From Eledone cirrhosa (lineage: Eukaryota): 64,000 bases of DNA. Shown piece by piece: positions 26,551 through 39,777 of this stretch. The DNA lies in NCBI GenBank assembly GCA_964016885.1, contig OZ024741.1:348254001-348318000 (forward strand), given 5' to 3'. Under the pieces are notes generated by a model that saw only the letters and a program-made list of their open reading frames with translations, had not been told where the DNA came from and made no database searches. The stretch's first letter is position 1. Each line of letters begins with the position of its first letter. The position numbers and the translations under genes are program-made.

Positions 26551-26812
26551 TATAATAACTTGTGTGTTACACCTCTATTCTTTTATATATATATATATAT
26601 ACATACATATATATATATATACATACATATATATATATACATACATATATATATATATACATACATATATATATATATACATACATATATATATATATAC
26701 ATACATATATATATATATACATACATATATATATATATACATACATATATATATATATAAATGAAATTATTACAAAGGAGAATACATACTGTTAGAACAT
26801 GTTTATACAAAA

Positions 26813-26853
26813 GCACCTACGTACGTTTCGCCCGAACAGGGCTTTTCAAGGGC
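26813..26853 (-). ncRNA. Type I hammerhead ribozyme, U3-A8 core variant
   Basis: GCCC UUGAAAA GCCC-UGUUC-GGGC GAA ACGUACGU A GGUGC: 4-bp GC stem II, palindromic stem III, GUA site, bulged stem I. Confidence 0.7.
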
Positions 26854-26859
26854 AAACAA

Positions 26860-28300
26860 GTCGTTTGTAATCGCTCTGCTTATATTCTTACCCGCTAAAT
26901 ATTAACGCCTCCGGTATTTAACCCTGTAGGCTTAAGTTTTGAGCACAAATGTACCAGCTTTTGGCAATTAACTATATGTATCTTTTTTCCCTTTAAACCT
27001 CTACTCTTTCACGATACGAAAATATTCAGTTAATTTAACACAAACCTATCCGTGCCAGTGTATACATGCCGCATAAATAACCCGTTCTTCATCCTCTTTG
27101 TTTTATTTTTCAGAGAGATATATACACACTGTAATGGATAGAATGCATGTACAAAGCGTAATGTAATTTTTATCACACGTCGTAATTTAGCAGTATCGAT
27201 ATCATTTATACGGTCATACTTCGCTATGTTGGACTTCACTATTCACAATTCCAGGGCTATTACTGGTCAATAAGTCGGACCTCGAAATATCTAGTATTGT
27301 GCAAAAATAAAAAGCATTATTGATTTTCAGTTTCTTCCTTGGATTTAGAAGAATTTCTAGAGATTTAGAACCAATATATTGATTAATATATTCTACTGCC
27401 GTTTCTTCTGATGGTGTATTCGTATTTCATCATGAAGGTCTATAGAATACGTATTTTTCAAATATTAGAATAGCTATTTATTCACACGAGGTCACCAAAC
27501 CCCAGATATATGTTGCTTTGTGCAAAAATAATAAATGTATGTTAACATTTCCATATTAGTTTAATTATGAAATAATCACAATTCTTCCATTTTAAGGGGG
27601 AACGTACAAATTCCGAGGGATTCACAATTTACACGAATCAATTTTAGGGTTTCCCAAAATAATTTCCACCAAATTAATTGTAAATATGAGGTCAATACAA
27701 ATTGACTCCATGTATGCCATTTATTACATATTCTCTCCTATCTCATTATCTGCAAATTTGTACACACTATTACAAGTTCCGCTTTCTGCCAAAGTGAGAA
27801 ACCTCTGTATTAAACATTATATCAACAATAATTCATATATCTTCTATAAACATCATTGCTATTTATTACCTATTAGCGTTTCAATACCAACTTATAGAAG
27901 GACATCTAAATCATTTGCAAAAGCTTGAATGAGCATTCCTTCATTTGCTCACAAATATCAAGTTATGTGGTTCTGTAACAACCGCGTGCTCTTATGCGCC
28001 CTCATCATTTCAGGAGTAGTAATGAATGAAAGGAATTATAATATACGGCATTTGTTGCAACGGTGTTTCAAAAGTTTTGCAACTATTTGGGTATCATATA
28101 TTTACTAAAGATTTGCCCCTATATGATCAAATACAGCTAGTTGTTGTTGATGGTTATCCAACAGAGTGTCCTGGTTGAGCAGATCTATGTTCATTTATAT
28201 TGCAACGGTAAACGTTTCGGCATTTCTGGAAATGACAGTGTCACCAGGACATGATTAATTCGTGTGTTCCTTTATTTTAAGACAATACGTTTTGATTCAT
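26860..28300 (-). pseudogene. Possible very old Neptune-like PLE remnant upstream of the HHR
   Basis: Minus-strand KLKPTGLN (~26912-26940) resembles the P-x-GLN C-terminus of Neptune ENs and lies just 5' of the HHR; other motifs barely legible, so the upstream boundary is a guess. Confidence 0.3.
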
Positions 28301-28645
28301 AGAATATTTGAATGTTTTTTATATAGATGCGCCGTCGATAACTTTCGTCAAGTTACATTTTAATTGAGATTAACATGTCTTGATTTTCGTGATATTTTGT
28401 TGAGTTTGAAAATAGAATTAAGGAATTAAGTAGTACACCTCATATAATGAAAAAAACAAAAAAAGAATCCCACGGAAAGTGTGGGTTACGCATTCTTCAT
28501 AGAGATAGAAAATTGAGAGTGCAGACAAACCAAGTTACATTACCAATGTGTCGTTTTTTAAGACTGTACGACGTGATATACAGAGATATGGATACTATTT
28601 AAGGAAGTCGTATGAGCACAATTTGCACACTCCATTGTGTATATG

Positions 28646-28749
<104 letters not shown>

Positions 28750-29696
28750 TGCGTGTGTGTGTGTGTGTGTTTGCCTCAGCGTTTGTGTGTGTTTGTGTGG
28801 ATGCAGGTATATATAAATATATATGTATGTTGGTATTTATGTATGTTTCTCTGAAATTATTTGAGGAAAATCTAAAATAGATTAAAATAGACCTAGGATA
28901 ACTTTAAGCAGGGATTCGGAAAGTAATCATTGGGAAATGTGATAAGGGTTCACCTGATTTTTAGGGAGTGACATTTTCAATGCTAAATATATTTGATAAT
29001 AGGTTATTTCGCTCACTGCTGACCTGGAGCTATACAGGAATCAAGACTATTATAGAAACTATATTGTTGCGGTTAGCCCGAAGGAAACTTAATTTGAACA
29101 GTTACATAATCAAAGATATTCCAACTGCGATTATCCACTCTTTCATACATAAAATATCAGGCATTTAGGGAAAAACTGAAATTAGTTGTTATATATTTTA
29201 GTGATTGGGTGTCATCTATGGGAAATTTGAATGTTATGTTATCAGCTTGGATGATTACGTAAATGTACATTTTTCCACTCACATATTGTCTCATGTCTGC
29301 ATAGATGAGTAGACAGGTGAATAAAGATTAAATATGGGTAATGTTTGTTGTCGAAGCTGTCTTATGAGAATATTTCATCAATATACGTATAACAAAATCG
29401 TTACAAGAGAGATATAAATGCATGCGCACACTGAAGTTTACATATATCTTTAATACTTATGAAAAAGAAGTTTGTTTGTAAGTTGACCACTAATAAAACT
29501 AAATAGAATTGTTAATAATGCTCAGCATCGACCTATTCTCCGAGAACAGATTTTGTTTTGAAGGTAAGCGGTAGTTTGGGAGAATGTACTGCTTCTTCAA
29601 GCAAAGTGATTATGTGGCAGGTACTCTTGGTGGATTATACATGCATATAATATGTCCCTCTATATATATCCCTCTACCTCACTCTATTCCTATATA

Positions 29697-29866
29697 TAAT
29701 TGTTTCTACTTTAGGCACAAGGCAAGCAATTACCCAGTGCATTACTGGTACTTTATTTTATCGACCTCGTAAGGATGAAAGGCAAAGTCAACCTGGGCGG
29801 GATTTGAACTCAGATCGTAAAGGGACGTAACTATGCTGGAAAGCATGGCGTCCGACCCTCCACCGA
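29697..29866 (-). mobile_element. tRNA-derived SINE
   Basis: Reverse complement: TTTCTACTTTAGGCACAAGGC...TTTTATCGACCTCGTAAGGATGAAAGGC...GGATTTGAACTC. Confidence 0.88.
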
Positions 29867-29869
29867 TAA

Positions 29870-29962
<93 letters not shown>

Positions 29963-29970
29963 AGTATGTA

Positions 29971-30014
<44 letters not shown>

Positions 30015-30031
30015 TATATATATATATATAT

Positions 30032-31610
30032 ATTGTTATACTTTGGGAGGGTCATGTTGCCAATAAGAAACACACGCAAACAGTTGCTATCACTCCAATT
30101 TTTTATACATTAAAAACATCTTTTTAAACATTTTTTCAAAAAATTTATAAATTTCTGGTTGGTTGGTTGGTTGGTTCCACAACCGGATGGTTGTTCATAT
30201 ATTGTCAAAGTTCTTTCGTCACACATAATGTGACCTCTTCAGTGACTGGGATTCTTTTCTTTGTTTTGTGCTTCTCCTTTGTTCTGTCCTACACCATCTT
30301 GTTTTGGTATGTGTTGTGTGCTTAGTTTGCGCATGTGTTACATCCGGGTGTCTGTGTGTGTTTTTATTTGTTTATTTATTTGTTTATTTATATGTTACTG
30401 GTTGGTTGTTTGTTCTATGTGTGTGTGTTTTCATTTTGTCCTTAATTGTAAGTTGTGATGTTGCTATTGCATTCATGTTTTCTCTTTAATTTTGGTTGGA
30501 GTTCACTTATGTTTATTGCCTCTGTGATTTGTCTAAACATTGCGTCTTTTCTGTGTGTAGATTCTATGTTTAATTCTATGTTCTCTAATTTGCCTTTAAG
30601 TTCTATTTTAGCATGTTGGTGGACTATTGATGATCCTTTTCTATCTTGAAGCTCTCACCAGTGTTCATTTAACCGGTCTCCTATACTACGAGCTGTTTCA
30701 CATATGTACACTATATTCTTATATTTACACTGTCCTTCAGTACATCTTATGCTATATACTATGTTTCTAATTTTACAGTTAATATGGGGGCTTAGTTTAC
30801 AGATTATGCATTTCTTATCTATACAGGGAGGTCTTTGAAAACGGTATGTATAACTAATAAGTGTTTTTATGGAGGTACCTGGTCTTTCTACTATCTTAAT
30901 ATTAAGTTTAAGTTTATCTAGGGCCCTTCTACATTTCTAAGCTAATTCAGCTCTAGGGGTTGTATTAATGAACATTACACTCTGGTATTCCAAAATGTGC
31001 TCCTATACAAGGGGCAGGTCCCATTTGTATCATTATTTACCATTTTCTTCCATTTGTTTCTGGCTCCTTTATATATTCTGATTTTATCTCTCTGATTGTA
31101 ACCAGAGAACTGCATACGGTGGATGAAGTGTTGTATGTGTCTCTCTAGTTCTTTGGGGTTGCACATGCGGGACACGTTTCTCATCACCCGTACTAAATCC
31201 AAAAACAGTATGTTGATTTTGGTGTGATCCAAAACAGCTGAGTTTCGATGGATCATATACTTGGAAGTCATGGGTTTCGCATAATGAGAATGGAGGATTT
31301 GTTTTTTGTTACTAATGGTTTCTAACCAGATCTCTGTGTGTAGTACATGTAATCGGTGTTTGCTTGGGTACTCTATAGTAACTCTAATACTCTGGTTGAT
31401 GGAGTTAATTATTTGCTGGATGCTTACCATGGCACTTTTCTCTAATTCCTGACTGTTCTCTAGTGGGGGTGTTTTTATACGATGTTTATATCATCAACGT
31501 AGCGAGAGTACATTATCAGGCTTAAGAGGTTGCTGTCTTCTAATTGTTCTTTAAGTTGATTGTCCCACCATACCTTGAATAGGTTTGCTATGTCACCTGC
31601 AGTGCAAACA
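30032..31610 (-). mobile_element. Second 5'-truncated, internally deleted copy of the Naiad-like PLE
   Basis: Colinear with ~20720-22375; ORF 30975-31430 (HYAKPMTS, MQFSGY); GIY-YIG remnant; 3' end abuts (TA)n. Confidence 0.9.
30204..30246 (-). ncRNA. Minimal type I hammerhead ribozyme motif
   Basis: GUCA CUGAAGA G GUCACA-UUAUG-UGUGAC GAAAG AA CUU UGAC. Confidence 0.72.
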
Positions 31611-32341
31611 AGCTAGAAACTAGTACATTGTTCCTGTGACAGTGTTGAATAAAAGGGCGACGATGTTTGCCGAGCACTGTACGGCGTAATTCTGGCTGTT
31701 TGTTTACAAATAAACCGAACATTATAATAAATGTTTTTTAAGCCATACGTACATATATATATGTGTGCATGTATGTATATATATACATACTACTGTGCGT
31801 CTGTACATATATATGTATGTACGTATGCATACTTATATTTAGGTATCAGCCGTACTATGAGTCAGATATGAAATTTCGTTTCATTCTTTTCCATTTATCG
31901 TTTTCGCTGCGCCCGGCCGTCTAACTCACTCGATATGCAAATTTTGCTGCTCAGCCGTTAATATGCATAAGGAAAGTATGTACTTTCAGACGTTCAACAA
32001 ACTGACAGAAAGCTATACGATGCTGACGATAGCTAACAAGCTTGAAACTAGTACATCGTTCCTGTGTCAGTGTTGAACAAAAAGGTGACGAAGGTTGCCT
32101 GGACACTGTACGGCGTAATTCGGGCTGTTTGTTGTTTACAAACAAACGGAGCATTATAATAAATATTCGGTAAACCCATACGTACATATATATATATATA
32201 TGTGTGCATGTATGTATATATATATATACATACTACTGTACGTCTGTATACATATATGTATATACGTGTACATACTCACATTTAAGTACCAGCCGTACTA
32301 AGAGTGAGAAATGAAATTTCGTTTCATTCTTTTCCATTTAT
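31608..32341. repeat. Diverged tandem duplication, ~430-bp period
   Basis: CAAGCT(A/T)GAAACTAGTACAT...GAAATTTCGTTTCATTCTTTTCCATTTAT at ~31608-31898 and ~32037-32341. Confidence 0.85.
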
Positions 32342-33167
32342 ATATATATACTATCATTAAAGCCCGGCTTTGTTCGGGGTCAGTAAGTTACCAAAATTAG
32401 GTTGCACCACCCATTTCATGGCAGCACTTTTTTGTCTGCCAGGCACTGGTTGAATGAATTGCAAACCCGCACTGCCGAAGCAGGAGCTGCGCCAGCAGTG
32501 ACAATTGTAGTTTCACCTATTGATATTATCTCTGTGCAAAGAAGTGTTCAAATGTATTGTTTCACAGTACTTGCGCAACACGCGCGTAGACGATGCCAGC
32601 CGAACAGCAGAGCTGCGATGGTGTTGTTCTGAATGACATGTTTTAACGGGGGAGGGGGTGGATTGAGGGAGCCGCAAACAGGGGCCTGAAAAGATTGTCG
32701 AATTATGACAGCCAAAAAAGAGGAAGAGGGGTCATTGTATGGTTGATGCATCATGTACGTCGGACGTAGAAGATGAGCCTGCTGCTGTGCCGACGGAGGG
32801 AGGGAAATAGAGCTGAGCGGAAGCCAGGTGTTGGTGAAGTGTGAAGTAATTGCCTAAAAATATAAATCCCGTCATTAAAGCATTGTTGACCCTTTGAGAG
32901 TCGTACGGAGGTGAAATGCTAACCTGTCCACGGTCCTCCGAGGGCCACCAAACGGGGTTTGGTGAGGAGCAACAGCTGATATTTGAGTAGGGTTGGAGTT
33001 GCAATGAAGCTTTGTAACGCCGCGAGATTCAGCCTTTGTACGGCAGATGGTGGGTAGTGTCCAGTGCACTGCAGTGAAGGTTAACCTACTTAGAAAGTAC
33101 TCACGAAAAGGCAAAAAATAAAAATTAAAAAAATAAAAAAGTTATAAAATTAGGAATCGAGGTAATT

Positions 33168-36100
33168 TTATAAAACCTCCTTGTACACAATGTTTTTTGT
33201 TTTTCCTTGCGGAACGAACGCGAAATCATCACTCTTGCTTCTGACATGCGAGCAGCCAAGGTAAAGCTGACCATGAGAGAAACACGGCTCCCCCAAATGT
33301 ATTCCCGTGACAGACAGTGTTTGTCCCTGCGCTTTGTTAATTGACATTGCGAAATATGGCCTGACCGGGAACTGGGACCTCCGAAATGTGAAACGTTGGT
33401 CTGCTCCTGATGGGAAAAGATGCATACTCGGTATGAGCACAACCTTGCCCCGACCGCACCCTATAATTATCGTGGCCTCAATCAGATTGGGAGTTAAGGA
33501 CTTAACGACCAAATGTGTGCCATTGCATCGTTTCGGCGGAACCAAATTTCGAATGAGCATTATAGGGGCACCAAATTTAAGTTTCAAAATGTGTGGGGGT
33601 AATCCGGGGGGGGGGGGGATTTAGTACCTCTATTTGATAGTTGATGACATCCTCGGGGTAAGGAGTTTTATCGATAGACTTATATACGTAGCCATCCCAG
33701 GAATGAGGTTTAGCATTTGATCATTAATATGGTAATCAGTTTTATTCCTCGGGGCCAGAATAGGCCTTTGCGCAAGCCAATCCATATTCTGATAATTTGC
33801 TTGGATATCTGGGAACACTGCATCACTGAGATCAGAAGGCGTACTAACAACGGTACAAAGTGAGTCGATGGCAATATTACCCCTCTCATCCCCGGGCGTT
33901 TTGCCTTCGCCAAGTGCAAGGAGGGTGTGAGAAAATGCTGCTGATGTGATATAACCTCGCATATGAGCACGCATGTTAGTGTGAAGTTTCAGAGTCTTCA
34001 CCAGGGGCCACAATGCGGATGACTTAAGACACGCACGTACTGCATCAGTTCTAGTCCCCTTGGGAATAACGGGAAGTGTTTGCCTGAAGTCCCCTGAAAG
34101 AAGAAGTGTTATGCCTCCCATTGGAGCCGTAGAGTCTTTGATGTCTCTCAGAGTTCTATCGCGCGCCTCAAGAGCACCTCTCTGGGCCATCGTGCATTCG
34201 TCCCAAATGATAAGCTTGCATAGTCTGAACACTTCTGTCTGATCGGATCTCTTACTGATGTTGCAAGTGGGTGTCTCAGTCTTCGCTAAGTCAAGCGGGA
34301 GCTTGAAATAGTAGCCGCAATTCCAGATGATGCCACAGCTAAGGCAATGCCTTCTGTTCGCCTAATCTCAGCTAATATTAATTTGGTGACAAAAGTTTTC
34401 CCAGTCCCCCCAGGAGCGTCCAGGAAAAAAATCCCCCCAGCTTTGCCCCGGAGAGAATTAACAACGGAGTTGTAAGCGATTTCTGTTCTGGAAGGCGCTT
34501 TGGCTCATTCTCCGCTATGTACTGGGCAAGCACGTCAACATTATGAGATGTCTCACGCAGCAAATCCGAAGACAGAGTGTCTGCGCCTTCCCGGTTTGTT
34601 AAAGGTAGGCCATACACAGCCAACGCACTACCGCCCATATCGAGAACAGTATCTTCGATTTCAAGCAGCGCCCTGTTGTAAATGAGGTCATTGTACCCGA
34701 CATGCATCGATGGGTTTAGTAACTGAGCGTGACGCAGGAAATCTTCAGACATGTAATCTTTGTAGCTAAGCCATAAAGAAGCCGGATCACCCAAGTCGCA
34801 CCATAGGAGTAGAATAGCGAAAAGCGATCTTAGTCTTTTAGGAGATTTCAACAAAACGCCCTTTGCCATAGTGGAGCCCCATTGTGAATCATTCTCCAAA
34901 AAGCCACGCCTAAATCAGGCTTCCCGGAAGGTATCACATAATTCACCGTCAACAGTTCTTATTTCTCGAAAGCTTTGTGGGCCAAAAACCTCATGGAGGA
35001 GAAGGCGCAGGTGAAAACACTCATTTTAGTTGGGAGGTACAGTGTACACTCTTCCTAGACAACTGTCAAACTTGACACCAGGATGTCCTTCAACATCCTG
35101 ACCTGACTTCCTACGCACCCAAGTGTTGTTTGACCACACGTAGTAGGACGGGGCCTGAGGATATGAAAGTGTTTTTGCAAATGTGTCAAGTTGGTAAAGC
35201 GTAAAAAAAAACAGTCAAAGTTGTTTCTTTTGAATTGGCCGCCAAATGAGCAGCAGTCTGTTCAGTAAAGTAAGCCCGCTGGCCGTTTTCCAAATGAACC
35301 GCTAGTTGTATGATGGCGGGGTGCCTTTGGTGAAGTGGAAACCCGAATATCCTCCAAAAAGCTTCACCATTGCTGATATATCGACCTGCGAAGTACTCCG
35401 AGACCTCGTCCCTGCTATTGTCGTTTTGAAGGCCGAACATGGCAGCGTCGGAAACCTTGTTAACATATTTACATATATACTTTATCGACTTCACTGAATG
35501 ACAGAACTCCACATTTATATGAGCGTTGAAAGTTTTCATCAGAAATGGACAGTACGGGACCACCCACCTATTATCAACTTGATGACCCAGTAACGTCATA
35601 GTGAATCCAACGTTCTTAGGCCGGCTTCGTCTGTACAGTGGGTATTCATCGCCGCCGGTCTGGGTCTCCCCAACAAACCTCTTTGGGTATCGTTTAGTGC
35701 ACACATGGTCCTTGTGGCATGAAGAGAACTCTTGAAAACCGGGACTGCACGGACCGTGCACCATGTGTGCCTTCACAATGTCGTACAGCTGCCGGTCAAC
35801 AACGGGGTCCGGTATTTCCGCTGCGATGACGTCATCTATAACTGTAGGGTCTATTTTGGTGACCAACCAAACCAAAATGTGCGCGTGTGGTAACCCTCTC
35901 TTCTGCCACTCAACAATATACATGTGGTACCTAACAGGCCCGAAAATGTTCCCTTTTTTTATTAGATCAATTAGCTTAGCCAGCTTCGGCCTGAAAACTC
36001 TGTCAATAATATCATGCCGATGGCAGTACTGCTGCCCTGTGATAGGTCCCCGCGTAACCTCAACCCACTTGGGGCTACACGTAAACGTGATGAATAAATG

Positions 36101-37940
36101 CCGAACGAACGTCATAGCGTCCTGTGTTCGTTCGTGCATGTACGCCCCCCCCCCGGTATAGGTTGAGGGGAGAATGCACATTTTGCCGATGTTCCGGAGG
36201 TCAGTGTCATTCCTGATGCCGTCACGCAAATGGATGTAGGAGTCTGAGCGCAGCTGCTTCTGATTAAATTTTATGAAGCACAGTTTCTCCGACTCCATCT
36301 TTTCAGCCATGTCAACTGCAAACTAGTGAAACAGTTTCCGTGACCTGTGCAGGGTGCTGAAATTGTTAGGCCTCGTCATGAAGCGGTATGAGTATAAAGC
36401 CATGCATGAAACAGTGTTAGTTGTCGCAGAAGTGGGCTCGTTTGCTTTGCGCTGAGGAATGCAGAAATGGTACCTGTCTTCTCCGTATGCAAACAGAAGG
36501 GGATACTGCAGGGCGTCGTATGAACGATGCGTCTCATTAATACTTTGAAGACCACTGTCACGACTTTGAAGAAGTATGTCTCGCTTATTGTGCTGTTCAC
36601 CATGGATAACTACGGCCACTCCATTGCACGAAGGAGCGTTATAACGGCGAGCGTGCTCCCCAGAAGGTCTTTTGTCAGCATCGATGACAATGGTGAAGTT
36701 TGGTGAAGGATTTGTTTCCAATGCGTATTTGAAACTGCGAATATAACTGTTGTGCTCATGAAGCATGTTTTGAAGACCGAGCAGCACGTCCCTTTCAAAA
36801 GTGTCAGCGTCAGTGTTTGCAGGTGTTGGAATAACGCCGAACCGCGCATCAACTTGCCTACTGTAGTTAGAAATGAAGTAAATTTGAAGGAACGAAGGCT
36901 TGCAATTTTTTAGTGGCTGGAGCGACCCAATAACATGGTACACCTGCCCCTGGACCTTGAAAGTAGGCATCCAACCACTTTCTTTGACAACGTTAGTCCC
37001 GAAAAAGTCATTTGAGACGCACAATTTTACATCCTGATGAGTTGAAGGAATTTGGATGACCTTGAGGTAGAACCAGTAAGTAGTTCCTTCAAAAGCTCTG
37101 GTGGTTCCCCAAGAGTGGGCAAGCTGAACTTACCGTTTAAGCAGCACATTGTAGGTGGCTCCCCAGTCCACTTTTTATCATTGCAGAATTTGCAATTGAA
37201 TTTGCAATTGAAGCGCATTTCCCCTATATTTATGTAGGCACGCATCGAGTAGTTAACGTTGGGCTCATACTTGAAAGCCCGTAGGTACCAGTATGGGCTG
37301 TCGGGGCTCATCACACCGCGGGCAGCTTTTTGTCGTCGACTGTTCCGATCCATCGCAGAACGTTGCTCCGGTGGGTCGTGGGAAGCTCTCGCAGCAGTAG
37401 CAGAAGCCACCCTTGCAATTCTAATGGAGCGCCCGTCTGCATCTAACAGAAGTCATGGAAGCAGTTATAGCCGCAGCGTTCCTAGCAAGGCGATTCGTCC
37501 GCCGTTCCAAACCTTCCAAAGCCCTGGAAGCAGCAGTAGACGCAGCGTTTCTATTCAGTCGAGCCGCCCTTTGTTAGGGCCCCTCTGAAGCCCTAGAAGC
37601 AGCAGTAACAGCAGCGTTTCTATTCAGGCGAGCCGAACTTTGTTCCGGGCCCTCTGAAGCCCTGGAAGTAGCAGTAGAAGCGTTTTATTTGGAATGACGT
37701 ATCGCCCGCTCTGAATCGCTCATCGCTGCACGTCTCGAGGCGTCGTATGAAGCCAACTTGGCTAGGCGTGCAGTGCGTTGTTGAAAACTTTCAGCAGCTC
37801 TGCATTCCGCTGAACGTAAGGCGCTCTGTGAAAGTCTTAAAGCAGTTTCCGGGGGGGGGGGGCTCGTTTGCTGTAATCGCCGTCTGCGCCGCCGATGACG
37901 CGGTATGGCGACCGAGGCGACTTCTCTTTTTAGGTGGCAT
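33168..37940 (-). pseudogene. Helitron Rep/PIF1-helicase (RepHel) pseudogene, multiple frameshifts and stops
   Basis: Start MPPKKRSRLG; Zn motif CKFC...CCLNG; FKVQGQVYH; YDALQYPLL. HUH Rep motifs FITFTCSPKW, VEWQKRGLPHAHIL, KYICKYVNK. Helicase DAPG(G)TGKTF (frameshifted ~34400-34425), [40 protein letters not shown]. Confidence 0.95.
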
Positions 37941-38089
37941 TTTATGTGAAAAAGAAAGGGTGAAAGCTACTTCTACAGCAAAATTGCCTTTGAAAGTATA
38001 AGGCTGAAAACTGTCTGCGTTCCGCAGGGGGAAAAATAGGAGAACGAACGGCAAATAAATAACTCACAGTTTGTTGAAAGCGCGCTTCT

Positions 38090-38675
38090 GTCAGCAATTT
38101 GAAGTTGTTTGGCCAAAAATCCCTATTTGTTTGTTTTTTTCACTCAATAAACGTGTTATACACAAAATGTAATTGTGTGTGAGCATGTATTTTTTTTTTC
38201 GATTTTTATGTTGAGTAGAGAGAGGAAATTATTTCCGTAATTGTGGGTGATTTTGAAATAAATAATAGTCGTTGACCTAAGTTAGACCATTTACAACATT
38301 CTTACAGAGGCAAATAAATAACTCACAGTTTGTTTAAAGCGCGCTTCTGTAAGCAATGTGAAGCTGTTTGGCCAAAAATCCCTATGTGGTTTTTTTTTTC
38401 ACTCAATAAACGTGTAAATATGCTGCAATGTGAAGTTGTTTGGCCAAAAATCCCTATGTGGTTTTTTTTTCACTCAATAAACGTGTAAATATGCAGCAAA
38501 GTGAAGTTGTTTGGCCAAAATTCCCTATGTGTTTTTTTGTTCACTCAATAAACGTGTAAATATGCAGCAATGTGAAGTTGTTTGGCCAAAATTCCCTATG
38601 TGTTTTTTTGTTCACTCAATAAACATGTAAATATGCAGCAATGTGAAGTTGTTTGGCCAAAAATCTCTATGTGGT
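38090..38675. repeat. ~71-bp minisatellite in the Helitron 5' region
   Basis: GCAATGTGAAGTTGTTTGGCCAAAAATCCCTATG...CACTCAATAAACGTGTAAATATGCA units starting at ~38353, 38425, 38496, 38567, 38638, plus one at ~38094. Confidence 0.9.
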
Positions 38676-39715
38676 AATTTTTTATACACAAACTGTAATT
38701 GTGTGAAATTATTAAGGAGTGGGTTAATAAGCGTATATAAGAGAAGGTTGCAGTATGTATGGGAGATAGGTAGAGTAACTCAGATTGTATTAGAGGGGTA
38801 AACGGTCATGTATTTAGTTTTATCGATTATTTCCGTAATTGTGGGTGAGATTGAAATAAATAAATAGTCGTTGACATAAGTTAGACCATTTACAACATTC
38901 TTACACAGTTTGAGTCGAATCGGTTTGCAATTGTGCAAATGTATAAACATGGAAGAACTCATAAGAGTCAACGGCCATCCAAAAATGTGTAAATATGTAT
39001 ATATACACATGTACATTTGTATGTGTATGTATATGCGTGTGTATATGCCTCGGGTATTAGGGAGGGGCATGTACCTCTGTAGAGGGCGGATAGCCATGCC
39101 TTTTTCAGGACAGTTCGTCCTACATTGTGTCCCACCTGACACTCAGCTCTCACCTGTGGCCCCAAGAAGCTGTAGCATCCGACAGCAGCCACACCCTGGT
39201 AAACCGCTTTGGATGGGGGCCGAACCACGTTTAGGGTAGCCGGACTGGTCTGAAACCCTCCGGTCAGTTAGATAGGGGAAGCCTACCACTGCATGCGAAG
39301 ACTGAACCCGGAGTGAGTGGAGGAAGACAACTTCGTCCCAACGGTCACGAAGGCGGCGACAGCAAGCGGTGCAGAGCGCTAGGGCACAGCAAGGCACTAC
39401 AGACGTCGTGGCCATCGACTGCAGCCAAGGAAGTCCCTGGTCGTGAAGGTTCTCCGTACCACCGGATTCTGGCTTCCGCGGCCGAGTGAGTGTGACCGTT
39501 ACTGTGCACTGGCTCTCCCACTATAAACCTTTCCCGCACAGGTTTCTTCTTTAGCGAGCACTCCCATAGCCCTGCGGCAATGGGCGAGAGGCGGAGGTAA
39601 CAGGTTTCCCCGGACTTGCAAGTCAAGGATCGGCCTCCACAGCCACCTTCGCGCCCACGGCAGACGGGAACAACAATGAAGAAGATGTCATCTTCGTTTA
39701 CGATGGTCAACCAAG

Positions 39716-39777
<62 letters not shown>

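Larger units (their letters stand above)
32351..39010 (-). mobile_element. Near full-length, decayed autonomous Helitron
   Basis: RepHel coding remnants. 3' hairpin CCCG-AACAAAGC-CGGG then ATAG|T (mutated CTAG) at 32351. 5' region has AAACCGATTCGACTCAAAC, similar to the 5' end of 13430-14434. Exact 5' TC not identified. Confidence 0.85.

Noticed and set aside
38350-38675. Regularly spaced repeats resembling a CRISPR array
   Set aside because: Whole 71-bp units repeat with no unique spacers; eukaryotic context; minisatellite inside a Helitron.
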